64,000 nucleotides of DNA from Antedon mediterranea (Eukaryota > Animalia > Echinodermata): positions 13,029,045-13,093,044 of the forward strand of contig NC_092680.1 in the NCBI RefSeq assembly GCF_964355755.1. The letters are read 5' to 3'. A model generated the notes under the pieces. It had not been told where the DNA came from, ran no database searches, and worked only from the letters and a program-made list of their open reading frames with translations. The number at the start of each line of letters is the position of its first letter. Position 1 is the first letter of the stretch. The translations under genes were made by a program, and so were the position numbers. Positions 46,869-58,800 of this stretch are shown here, one piece after another.

Positions 46869-49800
46869 ATGGCGCGAAATCTTAGGTAGGAATCTGTCTT
46901 TAGGCTAGGCTATTATCAAAGCATTTTATATGATATTTCAGCAACAATACTATATTTTAATTAATATTCCTGGCTCCCGCATAACCTATATCATTGTTTT
47001 TGTTAGTTAGGCCTACTAGCTGTCTGCTGCTTCTAGCAAAAAAAGCCTGTACTTGGTCCTAGGCCTAGTAGTAGTAAGTAGGCCCCGGGCCTAGCCAGCT
47101 AGGCATAGGGTTAGGTAGTAGCTGGCTACTAACTAGCTAGGCCTACTACTACTAACTGGCCTAGGTAGTAGGGCCCTATAATATTAGCTAGGCCTCCTGT
47201 AGAGGAGGCTAGGCCTAGCCTAGTTACAGTTCAGTATGCCCAACTATATATATACTGTATATATATAAATGTTCGGTTCAATGTAACCGTCTAGAAAGTG
47301 CTCAATACGGTAAAGTAGAGCTAAAATATACGTTAAGTCTGGAAGAGAAGTAAAAACTACAGTTTGGTCTCTACAGGCTTGTTTCGTGAGTCGTGCAACT
47401 CACTCATCAGGAGACTATAATGAGAAGAATCAATTACAACGCTGCTTATAAGCACATTTACTTGTAGAATTAGCATTTACAGGTGATATGTTTTGGAATG
47501 TCAGCTGTTACGTAACAATGCTTTCTTTCTGTGCCGGCAGGCGGACACAAGTTCGTTACGTTTGTTTAATGTCGATAATTCAGGGTGGCGGATGATAAAT
47601 AATTTCTCTTTGAGGCAGAGATTGCATTTTTTGTTTGCGCTACTATATGCTTTAGTAGATGTCAAGATGCGCCATGAGATTGTATAGTCTGTGTTATTGT
47701 CCTTGAGTGTCCAAATATGTTTACTGAGTTCAGTTGAGTTTCTAAAACGTGAATTACGGAATGATGAGGTGTGATTTCTGTATCGTGTTTTAAAATCATT
47801 TTCAGTTAGTCCGATATAAGTTTCCGAGGTGGATTTGTCTTTGCGTGTAACTGTGGCTTGGTATATTACAGATGATTGTAAGCAATTTCCGCTTAGCGGG
47901 CATGTGTTTTTCTGTCGGCAGTTGCATGTTTTGTTTTCTTGCGTGTTTTCCACGGATGTTGTTTCGGGCTGGTTGAGTATTCTCTTGTTGTGACTGTCTA
48001 TTATCTGTTTCATATTCTTCATACAACTGTAGCTAATCTTGATAGTGTTTCGGTTGAAGATTTTTCTTAGTTTGTTATCTTTTGGAAAATGTTTGTCTAC
48101 TAGGGATAGGAATTTCTGTCCAATGTTTGTGCTGACACAAATTTCTACAAACTTGACCCACCGACGTATAACAACCTCCTAGAAGAAAACATCACCAAAT
48201 CATACAAGAAAGCAGAACCTGCACTCGTACAGACGATTCATAGAAAAAACAAAAGTATTGCAACAAAATTGAACATCGCTGACAGAGTGGATACAACTGC
48301 AAATAAAGATGCTTTCATAACACTCAAAGACCACAAACCGAACTTCACTAACAAACCTAATTGCCGATTAATAAACCCGACCAAATCAGAGATAGGCAAG
48401 ATAAGCAAAACTATACTCGATCGTATTAACAGCAAAATTATATCAAAACTTCGCACCAATCAATGGAAAAATACCTCATCGGTCATCGAATGGTTTAAGA
48501 GCATCGACAAGAAACAACAACACAACTTTATATGCTTCGACATCGTAGAATTTTACCCCTCTATCAGCAATGACCTGCTGAATAAAGCACTAGACTTCGC
48601 TAAAAGATACGATGATATTACCAACGACGAAAGAGACATCATCGTACATACCAAAAAATCAGTACTATCACACAAACAGCAACCATGGCAAAAGAAAGGC
48701 CCCACAGCATTCGATGTGACTATGGGTAGTTATGATGGCGCAGAAACATGTGAACTTGTTGGAAGCTTCCTGTTACACCAATTACAACAGAAACTAGGAA
48801 TCAACATAGGACTTTACAGAGATGACGGCCTTGCAGTCACAGACACCACACCTAAAAGCACAGAAAATATTAAAAAAGACATATGCCAAATATTCAAAGA
48901 TAACGGCCTACGCATTACCATAGAAGCAAACAAACAAGTCATCAACTTCTTAGACGTCACACTCAACCTAGCGAAGAACACATACCAGCCCTACACCAAA
49001 CCAAACGCCACGTTACAGTATATCCATCAACAAAGTAACCACCCACCGACCATCCTAAAGAATATACCCGCCGGAATAAACAGACGACTCTCGTCCTTGT
49101 CATCCGACAAGAATTCATTCGACCAAGCCCCTACTGTATACCAAAAAACTCTCAACGACAGTGGATACCAGTACACACTAAAATACGAGCCGGTAACCCA
49201 GACAAGACGAAAAAACAGACAACGAAAAGACATTCTGTGGTACAACCCACCGTTCAGCAAAAACGTCAGCACAAACATTGGACAGAAATTCCTATCCCTA
49301 GTAGACAAACATTTTCCAAAAGATAACAAACTAAGAAAAATCTTCAACCGAAACACTATCAAGATTAGCTACAGTTGTATGAAGAATATGAAACAGATAA
49401 TAGACAGTCACAACAAGAGAATACTCAACCAGCCCGAAACAACATCCGTGGAAAACACGCAAGAAAACAAAACATGCAACTGCCGACAGAAAAACACATG
49501 CCCGCTAAGCGGAAATTGCTTACAATCATCTGTAATATACCAAGCCACAGTTACACGCAAAGACAAATCCACCTCGGAAACTTATATCGGACTAACTGAA
49601 AATGATTTTAAAACACGATACAGAAATCACACCTCATCATTCCGTAATTCACGTTTTAGAAACTCAACTGAACTCAGTAAACATATTTGGACACTCAAGG
49701 ACAATAACACAGACTATACAATCTCATGGCGCATCTTGACATCTACTAAAGCATATAGTAGCGCAAACAAAAAATGCAATCTCTGCCTCAAAGAGAAATT

Positions 49801-52800
49801 ATTTATCATCCGCCACCCTGAATTATCGACATTAAACAAACGTAACGAACTTGTGTCCGCCTGCCGGCACAGAAAGAAAGCATTGTTACGTAACAGCTGA
49901 CATTCCAAAACATATCACCTGTAAATGCTAATTCTACAAGTAAATGTGCTTATAAGCAGCGTTGTAATTGATTCTTCTCATTATAGTCTCCTGATGAGTG
50001 AGTTGCACGACTCACGAAACAAGCCTGTAGAGACCAAACTGTAGTTTTTACTTCTTTTCCAGACTTAACGTATACTGTATATATATATATATATATATAA
50101 ACACATCAGGCAAAGAACATTATATTTATTGAGTATTATAGTATTGTATACAACATTTCTTATCTACAATCTTGTCTTGAGATACAGATATGTTTGAGTC
50201 AACATTCACAAAACAACTTCAAATGGCAGTAGCTGTCTCTGCTGGTCCACACCCCTGGCCTAAACTATAGGAAGTTCTTTAATTTTATGGCAACATATTT
50301 TATATGTTCTTGAACTTCTTGTAAAATGTTTTCCTAGTAAAAGCTATACATAGAAATATAAATACTATTAATACAGTTTTGGTTGTTAAATTTAAAAGTC
50401 TAAATGAATTTTTAATAGTTACATATTAACCCAACAACGTGTTTGTATTATTTTTAAAGGACACTCGAAGAAGTGCAGGAGATTGCCACATTTGCTAAGC
50501 TAGATAGCTCTGACACAGTAGGCCTTTCACAATGCCTTTATTTCTCCGAAGATTTAAACCCCTCTGGGATGAAGCTTATGGAAGTTGACAATAATCTTTT
50601 AGATGTTTTAAAAGAAGGACAGAGGTAAGATTATCAAGTTCTTTTCCTCTGGTCAAGGTGGACACTGGATGAGAGAATCCCTTGATCAATGTTAGGACTG
50701 ATCAAGGTGCTTTAAACAGTCCTGGCTTTGTTTGTATCAAACCTGTTAGTGGCGGTAATTATCGCTGTTTGTTTCGATTGAATAAAATAAAATAAAAAAT
50801 CAATTATTCATTTTTTGTTAAATTGAAATATATGAAAGGATCATTAATGATATTGTGTCAATATTTTAGGCTTATCATTCGAGGCGAGAAGACAGACCAT
50901 GCTGTTCTATGTACAGATAATAAAACATATGATCTGAAATTAGCAGAAACAACAAATGCTTTACTACTAGTTCCAGATGGCGTAACACCAAGTAAATCTC
51001 TGGATGACAACAGAAGTCTTAAACATCAGCAAGTAAGTCACAGGTTATTTCTTAGACATGAGGTATTGCAAACAGCCCATTATTGTCCTAATAATAAAGT
51101 TATCTATCGATTGAAAAAAAACATAAAGAAATATTGTCCCCCTCAATTTTTTTTTTTATTAATTTTTTCATGAATGTGCCATTTTAATGTCACATAATAG
51201 TTATTCACTTTGACCAAAAACTGGAAAAAAAAATATTTACCAGAAAAAAATGTATGGTAATTTAAAGCAAATAAATTGTCTGTCATGACAATGGTTTTTG
51301 GTTAAAATTAACCATTTCTTGTTTTTTTTATAAGTGAAATAATATTTATTTTTTTTTTTTTTTAAAGAAGTGAATAACTTTTTTAAACTGCAAAATGGTC
51401 TATTTAAAGTCTGATTTTATTATTTTTTATTTTTCATGTTTTTGGGAGACAGTACATTTTAACAATTACAAGGCAATAACTAAAAGCTAAACATGCTATG
51501 TTTTTATTATTTATTATCATGATCAATCATGATCATCATCTTCACGATCATCATCATCATCATGAACATCATCATGATCGTCATCATCATCATGATCGTC
51601 ATCATGATTGTCATCATCATCATCATCATGAACATCATCATGAACATCATCATCACAATCATTATCATCATGCTCATCTTCATCATGATCATCATCACGA
51701 TCATTAATATCAGATTATCACCATCATCATCATCTTCATCATGAACATCATCATCAGATTATCATCAGATTATATTATAATAATTATCATCATCAGATTA
51801 TCATCATCATCATCATCATGTGAGGAAGAAGACGCTATAAAATCTGTACACACTCACAAGGTGCATACAGTAATCTAATGTTACCTGTTGCCATATGTAT
51901 TTCTTACAACTTTTGTAAATGTTAAATTGCTATGTTGTGTTTATGTACATAGGTTTCTGGTCTAGTCCATACTTATTTTGAACTTAAACCAGCTCGACCA
52001 AAACTTAAGAAAATCTACAAAATGTTGGAAGATTTTGAATATGAAGGATCAGTAGAAGAGAATGAGAAAGAGTTGACAGGACGCTTATATAGCATAACAG
52101 ATCTACTAGATATAGTGCAAGCCAGTGAGCAAGAGATTATCAGGCAGTTGAACGAAATACAAGCATGTAATGTTAAAGGTTGGTATGGACATGCTACAGA
52201 ACTTATATGTCCAGCCCTTCAATTGTATGTGTGTTCAGGGCTATAGCAAGACGGTCACCTCATCTAAAATTAAACAATTTCATCTCTGCCCATCCCCTGC
52301 CACAGCTCAAATACTTTATAATTATATTATTCATTTATCTGTTTTTAACCTTGTGTTACAGTTCTGGCCTTTACACATATATGCTACCCAGTACTAAAAT
52401 AAAGTAGTATCTTTGGTGTGTCCGATTGGCTTGACTAAGAATTTGTTTGTGGTTGGTTAAAGGTTATTGGAGATTGTTGAGTTTTGAGTACAAGTCACGT
52501 GTTCTTACTTGCATACTTAACTTGGTGGAAGAAAATTCATGGCATTTATCAGCTGTTCCTCTACAAGATGTTTTAAATATGCTGGACTACTTAGAACCAA
52601 GGTGTAGTATTATTATTACTAATCAGGCACTTTCAGTCAGAGGAAGAATGGCAAAGGGTTTCCTACTTTCTACGATGTTTATCAGATAATCTATTCTGTT
52701 TTGACAACTCTTGTAACATGACCACAGTCCTGATTTTGCCATTTTTCCTTTAACTGCTTTCCCCTAACTGCTTTCCCCTTCAATCTTGTATATCAGGACA

Positions 52801-55800
52801 TAGGCAAAATTTGACAATGGCTCGGGCAGAATGGGTGTTAGACTGAAACCCCTATATGGCTGTTTTTCTTGCACATAAAATGCATTATAAATAGGACCTA
52901 TATGAGTGTTTATTAATGCAAATGTCTAGAAAAACACAGGGATTAAGCATGGCATATTTTTATTATACTTGTATATTGTTAACTCTTTTTTAGATTAAGG
53001 GGGTTTGCTGTAAAAGGGGGTTCACCCAAAAAAAACAAGACCTTCCCTGCCTATTGGCCTGCTTTTAATGTGTACAATTGTACAAAACTAAAATCCATTG
53101 AGGTGTGTACATATACTATCCGTATCAATACAATACTTGATAAAATGTATTTTTGTGCGACCTTGTAATTAAGCCTTCACTTCAATTATAACATCCAAGA
53201 TGGCAGCTCCCGTGAATATGTAAATGTGAGAGCAGGCAAATCTCTTTTAACACTTTTTTCATTTATGTAATGTTTTTATATTTGTTTGCACTACCCATCA
53301 TACCGGATGTATTATTATGTAATATACTCTTTACTGCCCTCTAGGTGTATTCTGAAGCACATTCTTGAGTGCTACAGTGAAAAATCAAAGCAGTTAACAG
53401 ACTCTGCAGGTATTTACAGAATCTGATTATATATAGTTATGTCATTTCGCAATATTTATTAAATACATTGTAACAATCAAACTGCATAATTAAAATTTAT
53501 TGATATTGAAAAATATGAAAAGATATTAATAGACTCTGCAGGTATTTAGAGAATTTGATTATAATTATATTGTCATTCTAGCACAATAGACATTTTTTAT
53601 TAAATTGAAACAATCAAACTGCATAATTAAAATTGATTGATATTGAAAATTATGAAAAGATAATAATAGTGTGGTTTTTATTGTAATTATTAATATAAAC
53701 TGTTTTTCATTTTAAACAAATCTCACTAAAGCTGAAATGTAAAAACTAAATAAATTAGTATAAAATAATATAATAAATTTTGTAAAATCCTTTTAAAATG
53801 TTTAAAATTTCACACAATGATGCACAATAATACACTATACATTATTTGTTACCCAATACAGGTAATGGTGTGCTTCAAAGTCATTATGAAAAAATAAGTT
53901 AATGTTAAAATGTGTTTTCCCCCTAAAAAAATAATTTAAAACATTTTTTTGTGTTAAATATGCCATTTTTAATATCGCATAATAGAAATCCATTTTGAAC
54001 AAATATTGAATCGAAAAAAAAAATTATTTACCTGAAAAAAACTAATTTAAAGCAAAAAATAGTCAATGCCAATGGGTTTTTGGTTGAATTTGACCATTTT
54101 TATTGTTTAATTAAAACTTTTTTTTTACAGAAGTGATTAACTTTATTAAAACTACAAAATAACCTATTCAAAATATGATTTAATTAATCTTCATTTGTCA
54201 TGTTTTTGGGGGACAATACATCTTTAAATAAATTTTTTAAGACACAGATCATAAATATTTGCTGCATTGTTTCTCCGGGTGCAGGTCAAGTCGGCCCCAA
54301 ACCGTCTCGGCCAAAGTCAAGTCGGCCCCACGTCAAGTCGGCCCCAAATCAACTCGGCCTCAAGTCAACTCGGCCTCAAGTCAACTCGGCCAAAAACTAA
54401 TCGGTCAACTCGTCCACAATAAAGTATGGAACGCAAAAAGTGCTTAATATTATTATGATTATTACTATCCACTCTTTAAAAAAAATTAAGAAATAAGAAA
54501 ATAAAAAAATGATATCATTGCCGATATGAATAGAAGTACCCGCGTTTTACAAAAACACGTGCAGGTACCACATTTTAGTAAATCGAAGACCATCATGGAG
54601 CTATTATAAATCCATGGTTCCACCATTTGGCCATAGAAAAATGATCGTACTGTACATATCGTTTTTGTCCATGATTTGCGTTTAAAAAAAAGTGGAATCC
54701 CCCGGTCAGCAAAAACACGTAGCAGTTGTAGATATCGAAATAGCTGCCAAAGGCACAGGGAGGCGCAACTACGAATTGGTTTCAGATGTTGTCGCCTAAT
54801 CAAATGCATACACTGAAGAAATCTACGCGTGATTCAACCATAGAGTTAACATTAATTAATACCTCAATGATTCAACCAAACAATCCAACCAAACAATCTT
54901 ATTACACCTAATATATGTCCTCGCATATCGGACATGTTTATTGAATTTTGACGCACGAACGAACATACGCGCCCACGTACGTGCATCATCATATTGGGTG
55001 TATGCCTACAATGTGTTCCTATTTATTATCTAAATGTTCATATTGTAATCATTAATAATAGTATGAATGCTAGCTTATTAATCAATTGTTTGTTATGCGC
55101 AATTTCAGAACAATTTGTGCAATTTGAAGTTTGATTAAACGTAAATAAAGAAAAATTGGTGAAATCCTCCTTTTTTTTTTTTTTCTAAAAGTATTTGTCT
55201 AAATATTAATATTCATTAAAAGTCAGAATTATTCATAGGTAATAAAATGTGAAAAAATATTATGCACCTTTTGCCGAGTTGACTTGAGGCCGAGTTGACT
55301 TGAGGCCGAGTTGACTTGGGGCCGACTTGACTTGGGGCCGACTTTTGGCCGAGACGGTTTAGGGCCGACTTGGATCGAAATCGTTTCTCCAATAAGGAAT
55401 GTTAAACGGAATACTCTCGTTATATTAACTTATATATGACAAAAACATTGATACCATTTGTCTCTGATTGAACTTGCTTGTACCTTCAGGGCTTATTCAG
55501 TTTATTCCACTTTTTATATTTAAACAACTGCTGTGAAATTTAAACAAATACTTGAAATGGAAGTAAGTAACCTATGAACAAACATTCGAAATATGAAACA
55601 ACAGCTGTTTACACATGTTTTTCAGAATCGTTTGTATACGCTATAAATGAAGATAAAGTGTGTCAGCATTATGCAGAGGAGCTGTTGAGGAACGCAGGCA
55701 AGGTATGGATAAAAGTACTATTGCTTGCTTACCAATCCCAGAGTCATTGATTCAAATCCTGTTAGAATTTCAGAATTTTTCTGATGAAAATGAAAGATGA

Positions 55801-58800
55801 AATATATGTGCGATGTGGTTTAAACAGCTAGGTTTCATGGTTTGAAAATAAAATAATAAAAAAAAAATTGTTTAATTTAATAATGTTTAATACAAATTTG
55901 TATTATTTACTATTAATGATTGAAAAAAGTACCCTGACCCTCGTAACTGTTGAGTTAATGTCTTTTATTCCATAGTGTGTTTTTGGTGCATTATGAAAAT
56001 ACACAAGTGCATACTGTACATCTTTCAACGAGAAAACAAGTTGTGTTTTTCTCTTTTCGTGTGAACACACCTCTTGAGTTCTGTCAGCGTTGATAAAGGC
56101 GGTTGCGAGAAATCTCAATAGTAACCATATTATACCTTATCTCACCCATATTACAGTACCATGGTTTATGTGCGAGGTCTAATTTTTTATGTCGTAAATT
56201 TTATAAATGTTCTGATTTTGTTAAAGTTTATTTGTTCAAGTCTTATCAGTTTCTATTCTATTTCTATTATAGTATTTGTTGGTTCAATTACAATAAGCCT
56301 TCATTCTTTAAAAGTTTGTTACAAAAATTATTTGCGTATGTTGCTAAGTTGGAGTAAATTCTGGATCTAGTAGCTACTGTACAATCGCCATCATATAGGC
56401 TATTTAATACAGGTTGCGCTCCCATAAGCATAGCTTGTTGCAATTCAGTTTTTAAGTGAGCAATCTTAGTGATGCTGTCGATGTCTAGTGCGTCCAGTTG
56501 GGTTTTGAAATTAGTTGGTGCACATCTAGTTGAGTCAGGTAGAGCGTTCCATTCTGGTATGGTCTGCCAAATAAGCAGTTGCGGACTCTCCAGAAGGTGC
56601 AAAATTGGGCAGCTCGCTTGGTGATGTGTGCCAAGAAGTATGATCACGTCACACCATTGTTCAAAGAGTTACATTGGCTACCCATGGAGTCACGTGTTAA
56701 ATTTAAGATCCTGCTGCTGGTGTTCCGATGCCTAAATAGTTGTGCTCCAAAATATCTCTCAGAATTGTTGACAGTCAAGAAGGGAAAGCGAGAACTAAGA
56801 TCTAGTCATCAGGTGCTACTGGACATTCCAAGGAGCAAACATAGTTGGGGAGATCGGACTTTCAGTGTTGCTGGACCTAGGCTCTGGAACCACCTACCCT
56901 TGAACATTAAACACACATCATTATTGAGTCACTTTAAGTCACTACTCAAAACTCACCTTTTCTGATTTTTTAACAGTGCCATGAGCAATGAATGTTGGAA
57001 TGGCGCTATATAAATCGAACGATTGATTGATTGATGGTCCATCATTAATACTTCTGAAATGTTTCTAGTTTTAATTAATGTAGTCGTAAGTCTATTTATA
57101 GTTATATAGTTTTATTACATATTATTATATTATATTGATTTATGCTTTTTACTGATTTTAATTTCCAAATTGTTTGCCAGGTAGTCTGGCATTTTACATT
57201 AATCTTTTACTATTTTACGTTTTATACTTTTTATATATTTTTATATGTATTGAATTAGTGAAATAGAAGAATATATATATATATATCTATATAAACAAAT
57301 CAGGTAAAGAACATTAATTCTAAACCGCCTGGTGATATACTGAAATTTAATTAATTAATTTGAAACGATAAAGATGAGGAAATCTGTGAGTGAGAATGAG
57401 AAAAAGTCGCCCCAACCGAGACTCGAACTCGGACCGCCTGCTTGATATGCAGATGTCCTAACCATTAGACCACTCAGGCTTTCATGGTATTGTTCGAACT
57501 CGATTGGATAGCGACTCTTTATATATATATATATATATAATATTGCCAATATAATATATTTTTAATAGTTTAATCTAGAGGAGTTCTTGGCAGCGTGGCA
57601 ACAGTGTGTGCCTGAAGGCATGAAAACTGATCCAGGTCAACTTAAGGTAACAATATTTACTATATTAAAATTTGTTTTTATTTCATTCTTGTAACATTGT
57701 TAACTGTATTAACTATTCTTGTAACATTGTTACACTGTATTAACTATTCTTGTAACATTGTTACACTGTATTAACTATTCTTGTAACTTTGTTACACTGT
57801 ATTAACTATTCTAACATTGTTACACTGTATTAACTATTCTTGTAACATTGTTACACTGTATCAACTATTCTTGTAACATTGTTACACTGTATTAACTATT
57901 CTAACATTGTTACACTGTATTAACTATTCTTGTAACATTGTTACACTGTATTAACTATTTTTGTAACTTTGTTACACTGTATTAACTATTTTTGTAACAT
58001 TGTTACACTGTATTAACTATTCTTGTAACATTGTTACACTGTATTAACTATTTTTGTAACATTGTTAACTGTATTAACTATGTTTGTAACATTGTTAACT
58101 GTATTAACTATTCTTGTAACATTATTACACTGTATTAACTATTCTTGAAAAATTGTTAACTGTATTAACTATTTTTGTAACATTGTTACATCTATATATA
58201 AATTTACGTAAGGGCAAAAATCGGTAAATCGTGCGTTATTTCTAGAATGTTTACGCGATGGTATATAAAGTTGGTTCGTACTTTCGGTACTAATTTTAAC
58301 CACCTGATGTAACCCTGTTTACTAATTAAATTGAGTTCGATAATTAGTTATTGACGATTAAAACGAATTTAGGTTCAAAGATTTGCCCCAAATAGGGGTG
58401 TTTTCCGATCGTGGTATACACTGTCTAATGGATGTCAATTTGAAAAATACCCGCACACAATAATACGAGGACGCTTCGCATTTTCCTATCTCCTCCTACG
58501 ATAATTGTTTTTAATAGCTGAAAACCGGTTGAACAGTTCGAGTACAGCATCATGATGTTGAAGACAGGCCGATTTTCTTTAAAAAATGCTATTTTGATAC
58601 ATGTAATATACGTTTTTACAAATGTATTGATTTGTGATGAATGGAACATTCCAAATTATTTGGTTTAACCATAGAGGTATAGATTTAGATTTATGGGCCC
58701 CCTTGGAGAATAAACATAAATAGTATTGCAATGCTGTACAATACTGTTAAGGTATTGTTAGATTATAAACATATAATATACAAATAAATAAACGTTATTA

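Larger units (their letters stand above)
47268..50070 (+). mobile_element. Penelope-like element (probably Naiad-type), 5'-truncated, with an inverted 3'/pLTR arm, in DSCC1 intron 1
   Basis: 47331-48136 is the reverse complement of 49265-50070. Both flanks carry TATACTGTATATATATAT in a (TA)n tract. RT plus C-terminal GIY-YIG. Confidence 0.92.

Noticed and set aside
47501-48022. Independent GIY-YIG nuclease gene (173 aa)
   Set aside because: It is the inverted duplicate of the Penelope ORF 3' end.
48137-49980. Selenoprotein-type Penelope (Naiad) ORF
   Set aside because: The retained ORF has no in-frame TGA before the terminal stop, the conserved Cys positions are ordinary Cys codons, and I could not identify a SECIS.
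51498-51744. His-rich and Met/Ile-rich ORFs
   Set aside because: Translations of an intronic (CAT)n microsatellite; DSCC1 exons 3 and 4 splice in phase without it.
52794-53061. hAT-like MITE (CAGGACATAGGCA ... TGCCTATTGGCCTG)
   Set aside because: The TIRs are imperfect and there is no matching 8-bp TSD, so it is too weak to call.
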